Assembly: GCF_006345805.1 (NCBI RefSeq)
Contig: NC_043018.1
Coordinates: 27,528,001-27,592,000, forward strand
Reading direction: 5' to 3'
Length of the DNA: 64,000 bases
Source of the DNA: Octopus sinensis
Lineage: Eukaryota
Every line of letters begins with the position of its first letter. Within the stretch, counting starts at the first letter, position 1. Made by a program: the position numbers and the translations under genes. Positions 13,661 to 26,725 of the stretch are shown here, piece after piece. The notes under the pieces are model-generated. The model saw only the letters and a list, made by a program, of their open reading frames with translations, ran no database searches and was not told the origin of the DNA.

Positions 13661-13880
13661 TATTACTTGTTTCAGTCATTTGACTGCGACCATGCTGCAG
13701 CACTGTCTTGAAAGGTCTTTTAGTCGAACAAACCGACCTCTGGATTTAATCTTTGTAAGCCTACTACTTACTCTGTCGGTCTCTTTTGGCGAACCGCTAG
13801 GTTACAGTGACGTAAATACTCCAATGCCCGTTGTCAGGCGGTGATGGGGTGGGGTAACAAAGACTGTCATGAACGCACAC
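13661..13880 (-). mobile_element. SINE-A 3' half
   Basis: TTACTTGTTTCAGTCATTTGACTGCGACCATGCTG is the reverse complement of the family A tail. Confidence 0.75.
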
Positions 13881-14891
13881 ACATATAGATAAACACACAC
13901 ACACAACATATATACATATGTTCATATATATATAATATAAATTGGACATGGGCGATCGTTGTATTCCTTCTTGTCTTGAGGTTCACAGCCAAAAAGCTTG
14001 GTGAATTCGCCTGAACAATGGCACACATGTGGAGATGGGTGCGTAGATTGGAATGCGGTTTGTATTTTCTTCCTAGCTCCCATAGATACCGAGAAAATCG
14101 ATTAAAACTTTTTCTAATGGAAATCTTGTTTGTTCCGCCATTAAAACAACCAGTACCTCACGCAACCGGCATATACCCTTTCGCTAGCAACAAGTACAGG
14201 ATGATAGTCAGCCAAAATTTTTGCTACGCTGTGTCTCTTCTTTCCCCTCTTTGTGGGGTTAATAATCTTAATCTTTAGTTACAGTTTCTCATTCAAACTA
14301 CATAATAAGCAGAATTGTCAGGTTAAGACAGTAGGGTGTTTTGAGGGAGATTTGGCTGCTATTTCTACCAGGTCTAGCTACCATGTAGAGGCCTGAACTT
14401 AATTTTCATTCACATATTAGCATTTCAAAAATTTAACATAATTTTTTCCATAAACCAACTATCGTAAAAATACGCACACACATCCATTCCATATATCTTC
14501 TTTCAATTTCTGCTCTCTGCATATAAAATTTTTACGGATACGACGGCTTACAAAAATAGGGATTAGTGTATAATATCTTTCTGTGTTCATAATTAAATCA
14601 ATGTTTTAATGATTATACAGAGGTCCAATAGAATAGCTCTCAGAAACAGACTAAGTACAAATTCGTTCTTCACAACTCCTGAAGCTGTTTTCTGACAAGG
14701 GGGTGGGGTCAGGAATTTTTTACACATCTGAAGGCTCCAATTGAAACAGGGGACCCGAAATGATTTAGCAACGCTGTTATAGATTATGCTTAACCGAAAA
14801 CGATTACAGCCACACCATCCAAACAGACCGGGTGAAAATGGGCATAGCTGCTAGAATACATACATAAATACATACATACATACATACATAC

Positions 14892-14946
<55 letters not shown>

Positions 14947-14959
14947 ACACACACACAAA

Positions 14960-15105
14960 CGACATGGTTCCTTCAGTTTCCGTCTACCAAATCCACAGAC
15001 AAGACTTTGTTCGGCCCGAGGCTATTGTTAAAGGCACGTGGCCAAGGTGCCAAGGAGTGGTACTGAACCCAGAACCATGTTGTTGGCAAGCAAGCTTCTT
15101 ACCCC
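14960..15105 (-). mobile_element. SINE-A 5' half
   Basis: TTCAGTTTCCGTCTACCAAATCCAC...CCAAGGTGCC...CTGAACCCAGAACCATG. Confidence 0.7.
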
Positions 15106-15137
15106 CCAACCCCACGCCCATATATAAATATATATAT

Positions 15138-15191
<54 letters not shown>

Positions 15192-16216
15192 TGTGTGTGT
15201 GTGTGTGTGCGTGTGTATAGAACTGCTATTATTGAGCTCAGAGCTCCGCAGAGATTACCATCTACTTTCAGTTTAGTAGTTTACCTACTACTGTACTGGT
15301 TGTAATTCGTTGTGAATAGGTTTTCTGTTTGGGTACAAGACACTACGCTCTTAAGAAACTCCGTAGCAATTTTAGCAAATCAAAAATTATATATACTCTG
15401 CATTTTGTATTGAGTTCTCTTTCTTCCGTTTGTAGAATCAGATCAAACATGCTTGTATACATATATGTATATATATATATATATATGTATATATGAATGT
15501 ATGTATATATGTATATATATATATATGTATGTATGTATGTATGTGTTTGCATGGGTGTGTGTGTGTGTATGTGTGTGCGTGTGTGTATGTGCCAGTGATA
15601 AGAAAGAAAAGAAGCGGAGGAGTATATTCTGTGGAAGTCTTTAGATTCAGTTTTATGAAACATATTGCCGACGGGAAGGAAAACGAGGTGTGGGGGAGGA
15701 TAGTTACTCTCCACGCCACAAAGAAAAAATAAGTGAAGCCATCTGTAAAAAAGACGAAAGTAATGCGCAAAGGAAAGATTTTCTTATATTAAACAAAAAA
15801 AAGAAAAATTAAAAAAAAGAAGAAATATTATTGCGAAGACAAACAGAAAATACAAAAAGAAGCAAATATGATAAGAAGAAAAAGAAGAAATTAGAAGACG
15901 AACAGACTGAAAGTAAAATAGAATAGAAGAAATAAAATAAAATACAAAGCGAATAAATATTATGAGAAATACATAAATAAGTAGATAAATATATAAACAT
16001 ATATATATATAAAATATATATATATATTGTATAAATATATATATATAGATACATACATATATACTCATACATACATATATACATTATGTATATATATATA
16101 TATATGTATATGTATGTATATATATATATAGATATACATATATACTCATACATATATATACATTATGTATATATGTATATATATAATAGATAGATGTATA
16201 CATACATATATATGCA

Positions 16217-16286
<70 letters not shown>

Positions 16287-16698
16287 GTGTAGTATGTAGT
16301 ATGTATTATATATTATCTATGTATGTATGTATGTATGTATGTATGTATGTATGTATGTATGTATGTATGTATGTATGTATTCGCATAAGAAAATGAGAGG
16401 ATAAAAGTGGTTGGAAAATGTTTCAGAGACGGAGAGAGTGAAAGAAACAGAGGGAAAGAGGGGTGGAGAGAGAAATAGAGAAAGAAAGAAAGAAAAATGA
16501 AAGAAAGAAGGAAGGAAGGAAAGCAGGCAAGAAAGAAAGAGATAGATAGATAGATATAGAGAGAGATACAGAGAGTCGGAAAGACAGATGAGAAACTACT
16601 AAGTGTTTCATATATTTAATCAAAGACTTAGACAAACTGTATATGCATATTGTTTATATGTATAATGTGTATATGAAACGAACGTGTGTATACGTCTG

Positions 16699-16748
<50 letters not shown>

Positions 16749-17157
16749 CGTGTGTTTTTATGTAGCAATCTATGTACGTATATATGTATGCATGTATGTG
16801 TATACATGCATATGCAAGGCTGTGTTTGTGTATGTTTGTATATATATACGTGCATGTTATCGTATGTGTGTGTGTGTTGTTTGCGTGGGTGTTCGTACGC
16901 GCGTGCTGTGTGTATGAATATTCCGTGTTTGTAGTTAAGTATTTCTGTATTATGGTTACGTATGTATTTATAATTGTATGAAAATATATGCACATATACA
17001 CCCACCATAAAAGATTTTGTCTTTTGTGGTCATATGAGCAGTCAATTTTGAGTGTATGTGCACATGCATATAGACATGTACAACTATACACTCATACCTC
17101 CCTTAAGTCGCATATATACATACATACGTACACATATACATAAACACACACACACGC

Positions 17158-17211
<54 letters not shown>

Positions 17212-17716
17212 GTATATAATTTTTGATAATAATTATAATAAGGGCAACTACATGCTAGAAGAACATGTCAAATGACTGTTATAGATACGGGCTGAAAGCG
17301 AAGGAAATAAATGAAAAAAGATTGCTAAACTTACAAAAAAATATTTTTCGTTGCTTTCCCTCGCTTTCAGCCCGTGTCTATGTGATAAATAAAGTAGTTT
17401 TAGAGTCGGTTGACATCTTCTTCTAGCATGTGACCTTACCATGTAGGTGCCATTATAATTATAATTATTATAAAATATTATAATCCCTGTACTAATTTAA
17501 ACCTAAAAGGTTTTACATGCTAGCTACTTGATAAAATCCTATATAGATTTTTTCCTTGATTATATATATATATATATATATAACTGTATGTAAGTATTAT
17601 GTATGAACGCATGTATGTATCGTGACCGACCACATCCAGAATTGGACCTTGAGAAGCCTCTCCTTGTACTGTTCGAGCTACTGTATATTACGTACCTCAG
17701 AGAGGTACGTAATACC

Positions 17717-17943
17717 TATTTCTTTACTACCCACAAGGAGCTAAACACAGAGAGGACAAAGGACAGACAAACGGATTAAGTCGATTATATCGACCCCAGT
17801 GCGTAACTGGTACTTATTTAATCGACCCCGAAAGGATGAAAGGCAAAGTCGACCTCGGCGGAATTTGAACTCAGAACGTAGCGGCAGACGAAATACTGCT
17901 AAGCATTTCGCCCAGCGTGCTAACGTTTCTGCCAGCTCGCCGC
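17717..17943 (-). mobile_element. SINE family B, full length, tail variant P
   Basis: Head GGCGGCGAGCTGGCAGAAACGTTAGCACG, B-box GAGTTCAAATTCC, central motif, tail TCTGTGTTTAGCTCCTTGTGGGTAGTAAAGAAATA. Confidence 0.9.
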
Positions 17944-18289
17944 CGGTACGTAATACCGACTGACCGTCATTCCTTATCGCAAAAAAAAATCTGATTAGAC
18001 TGGGGCACTTTTCCGTTTCTTATTGAAAGGTTAGGTTAACCTGGTCAGACAACCCATCTTTTGCTAAATCCCACTCCGTGGGCGTCTCGGGATGTGCCAG
18101 AAGTTTCTGGAGCAAGCGTACCTGCAAAAGAATAGATGCTAGGGTTAAAAATAAAATAAGTTTTGGAGATCGATTCATTCGACTAAAATTCTTCAATGTG
18201 GTGCCCCAGCATGGCCGGATTCGAATGACTGGAACAAGTAAAAGATAAAAAATAAAAGATAAAAATACTCGAATCATTGATAGAGATGT

Positions 18290-19140
18290 TTAAGCGGCCT
18301 AGAGTTTTCTCTTCTTCTACAACCACGTAGGAACATTTATACTGGCCAAAATTCCTTCCTATAATCTTTTGAGCCTATTGTAATCAAGTCAAGGTCTTCC
18401 TTTAAATCATTCGTATTCGTGGCATATATTTTCAGATCTGCAAAAAAGCTGTGGCTTCAGACTGATATTTCTGTTATTGTGAGCTTATTATCAAAGACAG
18501 ATCCATCTCCACTATTATTGGGTAATTTTCTCAACAAAAATGACAAGAGTTTCTGTAAAGTATAACACCAACACAAGAAGGTTGTCTCCTTGATGTACAC
18601 CGTTGCATTACTGCATCCTATCTTTGACTAATCAATAGGTGTCTCTGTTTCGCTACCGAGCAATTGGCCTACGTTGTCCATAACCCCGATAATACTTCTC
18701 GGAAATTAATTCGGGTATACATGAATGGGGATTGAATGATTACTTGTAATCCAGCATGCTTATAACCAATTTCTTTTGATGGCCACCATTTTCTGTCTCT
18801 GGCATCTAAGTTTTGTTGCTCAAAACTCGTACAAATTCCTTTCTTTCCAGCTGTTTATTCAGCTCTGATAACTTTCCTTTCTTACTGACACTTTGATTCT
18901 GGCAGAATAGTTTCAGACAAGCTGTGTACATTTTAAACAATCAATTTTGGCATAAAAATAGTTGGTAGTTTTTCGCCACGTAAGAGGTATATTTTTGTTT
19001 TAGAAGTATCAGATTGGATTCCACCGTCGCCAATTAGCTTGGTACATTTATATCTCTACTGAAGGCTGACTATTAAAGGTCGATGAGATAGCCTCGATAG
19101 AAGGTCAGCAATTTTTATTCCGATGTCCGACAATCAAGTC
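18290..19140 (-). pseudogene. Degraded non-LTR reverse transcriptase, R4/Dong-like
   Basis: Minus-strand SHSFFADLKIYATN (18421-18455; compare FFVDDLKLY at 38130-38303), with upstream MYTACLKLF; many stops and frameshifts. Clade call is by motif recollection. Confidence 0.55.
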
Positions 19141-19273
19141 TCTTCCTCATGATTTCTCCAATGTATGTATGCATATATCAGTCTATGTATCAGTGTGTAT
19201 GTGTTCATGAATGTATGTATGCGTCTGTCAGTCTCTTTCTCACTCTTTCGCTCTCTCTCTATCAATCTCTCTC

Positions 19274-19343
<70 letters not shown>

Positions 19344-19470
19344 TATATCACCGTGATCACCGTGACCGACCAGGCTATCAGATGTTGCTACACATCGCTG
19401 GTCACAATGCGCTTTGCATTGTTTTAGCCTTCAAATGACGCCAGTCCGCTGGCTAAGCGAGCAGGCCAAT

Positions 19471-19506
<36 letters not shown>

Positions 19507-19538
19507 CGTACATACATATATATACGTACATACATATA

Positions 19539-21353
19539 TAAACTACTATTCAAAACTATAAGGCCACATGTTTTTTAAAGTTATTTAGGAATTCAGCTAT
19601 GTATTTAAGTGTACTAAGGGGCATAATATATTGGAAATTGGTATCTAGGGAATACTTTGAAATGTAAATTTTGTATCTTTATTATCACATTGCAACATCC
19701 GATATTACAATCTTCCCTAGTATATCAACATCTTAAAACTATAAAGTCACTAATACATTTTCATTTCTTTCCATATTGTTTCGGAACTTATTCAACTCAA
19801 TCGTATTCATCATAATCCAGATAAAATTTGCAGTATGCCTAAAGCTACGAGGTTTTTCAAAACTGAATAAGAGAAGATTCTTGCACTGAAAGTGGCAGGA
19901 ATGAGTAACCGTAAGATTGCCGAGAACTTTCGGTGAAGTTGAACGTCAGTGGACGATTTTCGGAAAGATCCTGGCGGCTACAAGAGGTTTCATGCTGGTG
20001 GACGTCCTTAGGCCACAAGAGAAAGCGATGAAAGTACCATCGTCAGAGCTGTGAAGAAGTCACTCTGCTCTTCTGTTTCTAATATTAAGACATCTGCAGG
20101 AGTAGGAGTTTCGACATACACTGTAAGACGAGTGACTTTGAACTATGATTTCCGCCTGAAGAAGCGGCAGCGACGTTCGTTATTGTCCTCTTCCCACAAA
20201 ACTGTTAGATTGATGTTTGCTCTCCAGCATCAGACGTGGAATGGTGAATGGAGCAGGGTTCTGTTCTCAGATGAGAAAATATGGAAGCTGGATGGCCCTG
20301 ACGGTTATAAGTATTACTGGGCAGATAAATGTATACAAAATTCTACGTATTCCAAGTGGCAGACCAGCGGAGGAAACCTTATGGTGTGGGGGAGTAATAT
20401 CTACAAATGAGAAGCTGCCAGTTGTCAATACGGATAGACATTTCAATGCTGGACGATACATCAATATGTTGGACGGGACTCACATTGATGAAGAAACAAA
20501 CTGGATTTCTTCCTATCAACTGGGGTTGTTGTTTGTTCCTTCTCGAGCCATGCCTGGCTCATAAGGACAGGTTTCCCAGTTTCCTTGGCGTATAGGTTCC
20601 CCACCTGGACGGGACGCCGGTCCATCGCAGGTGAGCTGCAAGATGCAAGAGGAAAGAGTGATAGAAAGTTGTGGCGAAAGAGTCAGCAGAAGTTCGCCAT
20701 TACCTTCTGCCGGAGCCGCATGGAGCTTAGGTGTTTCGCTCATAAACACAAACATCGCCCGGTCTGCGATTCGAACCTGCGATCCCTCAACCGCAGAACC
20801 GCTGCTCTAACCACTAGGTCATGTGCCTTCACATATCAATTGGGATTGAAGTCATGTGATGACTAGCAAGAAATACCAACCTTAATCCTATATGGAATGC
20901 CTGGGGATATCTCACGAATGCTGTGTACTGTGAAGGGAAACAGTATTCATTTGTTGATGAACTTGAAACGGCAATAAAAAAAGGCCTGGGAAGAGCTTCC
21001 AGTTGATCTGCTGCAGAAATGGAATGTGAGCATGAAATCGCGTGTCTTTGAAGGAATTCAGAAAGGAGGTGGTCAAACATATTATTGTTGATGTATTGTA
21101 TGAGAATATCATTGAAATACATCACATTACAGCAGCTTTGCATAATTTTTGCAACATTATTCAACCTTGCATTATAATCTCTGGCTCTGGACGTTTTCTT
21201 GAATTATCTAATTTATCTTTGGATTTCAGTAAATATGAATATTGCAATGCCTTCTATTTGATTTCCTATCTTGAGGTGAATTTCATGAATCTGCGTAGTA
21301 TCGTTCACCAGAAATAACAGTGTCCTGGGTTTGTAGTTTTGAAGAGCATTTTA
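19539..21353 (+). mobile_element. Tc3-like (Tc1/mariner) transposon relic with TIRs, interrupted by a SINE
   Basis: Imperfect 28-bp TIRs at 19539-19566 and 21326-21353 (22/28 match). Disrupted transposase about 19835-21091: FSDEKIWKLDGPDGYKYYW, GGNLMVWG, NLNPIWNAWGYL, GGGQTYY. Confidence 0.9.
20525..20832 (-). mobile_element. SINE family C (body 2 + tail Y), inserted in the Tc3 transposase
   Basis: Head GTGAAGGCACATGACCTAGTGGTTAG, B-box GGTTCGAATC; CCTGCGATGGACCGGCGTCCCGTCCAGG block (V/Meta-domain-like by recollection). Confidence 0.85.
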
Positions 21354-21457
21354 TGTATGTGCTTCACTGTTTCTTTAAGGTAGGATCAACAAAAAAGTAC
21401 TCCATTTCACAGACTATATATATATACATATACACATACATATACATATACATATGC

Positions 21458-21659
21458 ATGACCGCGTGTGTACCGTTGGCGATTTTTTTGCTCTGTCTTC
21501 TCTTCTCTGGATCTTTCCTCCTCCTATGTTTCCGACGAAGAGCTCCGCTCGAAACGTTAAACCCTCCTTCTTTCCTTCTTTCCCGAGCGTATAATAATAC
21601 TATACTTGTTCCACGTCCTCGCGTTGTTGTGTTTTCTCTTTGTGCTTTCTTGTTTGGAT

Positions 21660-21664
<5 letters not shown>
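21458..21664 (+). mobile_element. About 205-bp non-autonomous repeat (family alpha) carrying a hammerhead motif; probable PLE pseudo-LTR/retrozyme derivative
   Basis: Three copies in the window (21458 +, 23629 -, 31203 -), each set in TA-rich microsatellite. Confidence 0.75.
21528..21562 (+). ncRNA. Minimal type-I hammerhead ribozyme motif, U4C core variant
   Basis: GTTT-CCGACGA-A-GAGC(TCC)GCTC-GAAAC-GTT^AAAC: 4-bp stem I, 4-bp stem II, palindromic AACGTT at stem III. Confidence 0.6.
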
Positions 21665-21739
<75 letters not shown>

Positions 21740-21746
21740 TATATAT

Positions 21747-21788
<42 letters not shown>

Positions 21789-22275
21789 GATAGATAGATA
21801 GATAGACAGACAGATAGATAGATAGGTAGATAGATATGCGCATGTATGCGTATAAGTACATATAAATTTATCTGTTATACTAAAACTCAAAGTTTGTTCT
21901 CCTGCCATTTGATTAAGATGATAAAGTACAAATAAAATAGTCATATCCCCCTTTAAGAAAAAAAATCTAGTGAAAATGTTGACATTTCAAAGAGTTCTGT
22001 TATCTCTGCCGTTTGTTCTTTTTCTTACACTCTTTTTCCTTTTCGAGTGCCGTAGACTTGAAAGGTAGAAATTCTTCCTATATTTTTATGAGATATTTTT
22101 TCAATCACGGGTACTTGATATTTTTTCCTTAAAGGAGAAAATTAGTATTTTATTTAAATTAAAATAGTAATCTTTATCATCTTAATCAAAAGTCAGAAAA
22201 TCAGACAGACACAGACTTATAGTTGCAATGGGAAGAGTTGAATCTCATAAGAATGGAAAAACAAACAACAACAAC

Positions 22276-23462
22276 AACAAATGGGTTGTACCTTATAGTG
22301 AGACTATTTTAAGAACATTCAAATGCCACTGCAACGTTGAAATCATTGCCTCAGAGAGGTCAGTTAAGTACATCATCAACTATTCACTGAAAGGAAATGA
22401 CTAAGTTGCTATGGTTACGAAATTAATTAATATCTAATGGGTATGTATATTGAACCATCCGACGCAGTTGCATCAATTTTAGGATTTTCAGTTCATGAAA
22501 AAACACCTGCAATAGTGATATTGCAAGTTCATCTACCTGATGAACAAAGAATTTATGAGCCACTTTGACTATTGTTCTCAGCTAGGGTCACCATCCAGTG
22601 TCAAGTTAATCACAGAACTTGAGGCGATCCAACGAAGCTACACGAATAAAATAGCCTCTATGCAGCATATAAGCTACAGGGAAAGACTCAAGAGATTAAG
22701 ACTCTATTCCTTAGAGCGTAGGCGAGAAAGATATGCCATAATATAAATCTGGAAGATCCTAGAAGGACTTGTCCCAAACTTTGGCACCGAGAGTTACAGA
22801 AATACTAGAACTGGACGCCACTGCATAGTGCCAAGGACTCCAAATTTGCCATCAAGATGTAGGACAAGATACTGTGATAGCCTGGGTTTCAGAGGTTCAC
22901 AGCTCTTCAATATCCTCCCGAAGAACCTGAGAGACCTGCATGGGGTGGATGCAGATGTCTTTAAAATAAAACTGGATCTCTTCCTGTCAGGTGTCCCAGA
23001 TGAACCAACTTTACGGCAGGAGGTGCAGATGAGGGCAGCTGCATCGAACGCTCTCATGCACCAAATGGCAATTGCTAAAAAGCATTCGTGAAGTAAAATC
23101 AAGTAGCAACACCAAATGGCGGTGCCCCAGCATGGCCACAGCTCGTGAGCTGAAACTAGATAAAATAAAATAAAATAAAATATATATGGCTGTCAATGAA
23201 CGATGTATTAGAACAACATTGACAGAATTTTTTTCATTATGTATCAATGATGACTTTGCAAAACATTACTTTATGCTGAAGTAAACATGTACTTCACTTG
23301 GAAAAGCAGTAACAAAGAATGGCAAAGAAGAAAGCGAGGAAAAAAGTTGAAAGCCATTTGGACATTTTCAAAAAAGAAACACTTGGTAGCCTTTATGTTG
23401 TCACACCAAAGGGAGGAGAACTGTATTATTTAAGAATTTTATTGCATGAGGTTCGAAATAGT
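22276..23462 (+). pseudogene. Helitron Rep-helicase fragment, split by a CR1-group LINE
   Basis: NKWVVPYS..FKCHCNVEI..SVKYII....KG, VHLPDEQRI before the insert; RTTLTEFF, TLLYAEV, WQRRKRG, LYYLRILLHEV after it. Confidence 0.85.
22555..23182 (+). mobile_element. 5'-truncated CR1-group LINE with 3' UTR and (TAAAA)n tail
   Basis: SHFDYCSQL..LEAIQRSYT..ERLKRLRLYSLERRRERY and GSQLFNILPKNLR..FKIKLDLFLS; stop at 23089-23091, then a hairpin and the tail. Confidence 0.85.
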
Positions 23463-23559
23463 ATTTTTTCCTTTCCCGCTGCGCATCGACATTTTCAACT
23501 GGGAGTGGTTGTGACCCAACGGGTCACGGCCGGTAAATATACATACATATACATGTATG

Positions 23560-23593
<34 letters not shown>

Positions 23594-23628
23594 TGTATGT
23601 ACGTATGTACGTATGTATGTGTGTATGT

Positions 23629-23843
23629 AAAGTTAATCCAAACATGAAAACACAAAGAGAAAACACAACAACGCGAGGACGTGGAACAAATATAGTATTA
23701 TTGGACGCTCAGGAAAGAAGGAAAGAAGGAGGGTTTAACGTTTCGAGCGGAGCTCTTCGTCGGAAACATAGGAAAAGGAAAGGTCCAAGGAAGGGAAGAC
23801 GGAGGAAAAAATCGCCAACGGTACACACGCGGTCACATTTTGA
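23629..23843 (-). mobile_element. Family alpha copy 2; hammerhead motif at 23733-23767
   Basis: The 35-nt motif is the exact reverse complement of 21528-21562. Confidence 0.75.
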
Positions 23844-24179
23844 ATGTATGTATGTATGTATGTATGTATGTATGTATGTATGTATGCATGTATGTATGTA
23901 CGTATCTGTGTGTATGTAGTTATATATGCTTATACATATACCCATATATATGGATATATGTATGTATGGTTGTATGAGTGTGTGTGTGAAGGTGTGTGCT
24001 GCGTTTCACAAGCTGCCCTCTTTGAAAGAGTTACTCTAACTGGCTAACTGGTTTACTAGTTTACTGTCCAGTCATGCGCAGTGAACAGAAGTTAAAATGG
24101 AAACAATAGCAAATGAACAGAACGTTCTCTCTCCGTCGCCATTCGAAGAATGTTATTTCGCTTGATTCACAGACAATGA

Positions 24180-24396
24180 AGCCAAAAACAACAACAACAA
24201 CAAAAATTGACGAACAAAGGAAAAATAAAACAACAATAAGGCAAGAATGAATAGAATTAAAAACAACAAGAACAAGAACAAAAACAATAACAACAACAGC
24301 GTCAAAAACCATGAATAAAAACAATAGGAAACAATACACAACAAGGCAGAATAAAACAATAACAAAAATACAAAACAATAATACAGGTATCACTGC

Positions 24397-24444
<48 letters not shown>

Positions 24445-24475
24445 GCTGCTGCTGCTGCTACTGCTGCTGCTGCTA

Positions 24476-24534
<59 letters not shown>

Positions 24535-24623
24535 GCGGCTGTTATTACTATTACTACTACAACGACAAGTACTATAGCTGCTGCTGCTACTGCTACTGCT
24601 ACTACTATTTCCACAATCACCAT

Positions 24624-24665
<42 letters not shown>

Positions 24666-24830
24666 TGCTGCTGCTGCTGCTACTACTAACATTACTACTG
24701 CTATTAAAACTAATGCTACTGTTTGCTGCTACTACTATCAAAGCAATACCCACCACAACTATCACGACGACCACTGCCACGATTACCACCACCACTGCTT
24801 CCAACACCACCTCTACTACTACTACTGAAG
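24180..24830. repeat. (CAA)/(GCT)/(CTA) compound trinucleotide tract
   Basis: Directly visible. Confidence 0.9.
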
Positions 24831-25729
24831 CCAACGAAGGCGCACTTTCACGACTTGCTGAAATAATGAACTCGGTAAAATAAAAATGGAGATATATCAA
24901 ATAATGCAGTCTTAGATATAAAAATAAAAAGAAAGTTGGTACGGCCACGGCTGAAACGTCTTTAATCATAGACCTGCTCTATCAGGGTTGACCTTGTGCT
25001 AAACAGTAAACAGTGCTAAAAGAACGAAACCGATTTGTACCAAAGTGAAATCCAAGAGGTTGTCGCTCTGCCAGAAACAAAAGCCGGATCTCCCTCAAAT
25101 TGTTCTTCGTAGTCTCCGAAAAAGAACACGTTGTATAATATGGTTCGAGATATCTAAAGAAAAGTAGACGAGGGTGGTCATATTTGGAATGTATTTGATC
25201 ATAAGTCTGCAACAACACAACTATGAGCCAAGAAATGATCCACTGTGTGGTCACTATCTGCTAGAAATAACAGCCAAGATTTCTCTCAACACAGTGAAAC
25301 AATGTAGTGCTAGACTATAAGATGTTTACGTACGGAATATTATTGGAGAGGAAAGCGAAAGCATAGAAGGAAAAACACTCGAGACAATGTGGCCTCTTGG
25401 ATAGAATGTGTGTAAGTAAATGAAAGGAAGGTGACTATCACAGCTGAAATACGCTTTGATCAGAAGCGATCTCGAACTACGCAAACAGTAACCGGCAACG
25501 TTATCGACGTTGACATCAACAACTACTACAACAATAATACAGAGAATGATCTATAAAAAATGCAGTCCTAGATACGAGATTTTTTTTTGTTTTTTACATA
25601 TTGGTTTGGTATTTACGCATAGATCTACCAACTCGATAAACAAAGAAGACGAAGAGGGAGGAGGAAGAGGAGGAATGAGGAAGAGGATGAGGGAGAGGGG
25701 GGAATGAATGAAGGACGGAAGGAAGAAGA

Positions 25730-26095
25730 AGAAAAACAAGAAGAAGAAGTAGGAGAAGAAGAAGAAGAAGAGAAGAAGATAAGAAGAAAAACAAGAAGAC
25801 GAAGAAGAAGAAGAAGAAGAAGAAAAACAAGAAGATGAAGAAGAAGAAAAACAAGAAGATGAAGAAGAAGAAGAAGAAAAACAAGAAGTCGAAGAAGAAG
25901 AAAAACAAGAAGATGAAGAAGAAGAAGATGAAGAAGAAGAAGAGGAGGAGAAGAAGAAGAAGAAGAAGAAGAAGAAGAAGAAGAAGAAGAAGAAGGAGAA
26001 GAAGAAGAAGAAGAAGAAGAAGAAGAAGAAGAAGAAGAAGAGAAGAAAAGAAGAAGAAGAAGAAGAAGAAGAAGAAGAAGAAGAAGAAGAAGCCA
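25730..26095. repeat. (GAA)n purine tract
   Basis: Directly visible. Confidence 0.95.
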
Positions 26096-26469
26096 TTGCT
26101 TAATGTAGTCCTAGATACACTATGTCTGAAAAAAAAAGGAGTAGTTTCTATTGAAACTCGCTTGATCCGGAGTTTCCTCACTCGGCGCCAAATAACAATA
26201 ATAAACGTCAAGAGATGCTCTTGACCCCATGAGATGCAATACCAAGCGGTCACTCTGAATTTCCACCAACAGTCGTTGATTCTTCTGCCAGCAACTCCGA
26301 GGGCCAGAGATACTTAAACCGATTTTTAAGCGACAGTAAAACTCAGAGTAACGGACGCTTGATTCGATAATATTTTAGGTCCTTTTCTATTTCGTTCACA
26401 CCAATATATTCGTCGTATATATGTGTATATTACGGTGTATGCGTTTATGTATTGTGTGAATGTATATAT

Positions 26470-26556
<87 letters not shown>

Positions 26557-26665
26557 CTTAAACATATCAAAGGGAAATGGAAAATTAATTTTCACTTCCA
26601 GTGGCCTAACATGTAAAAATTTACTCCCCAAAGTTCAGTTCGTAGTCTTTTGGCACTATATATAT

Positions 26666-26703
<38 letters not shown>

Positions 26704-26725
26704 CATCATATATTATGTGTGTGTA

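Noticed and set aside
14420-14853. Non-autonomous Helitron ending in hairpin + CTAG
   Set aside because: The 3' end is suggestive (CCGGGTGAAAATGGGCATAGCTGCTAG), but the hairpin is imperfect and no 5' end or second copy is visible.
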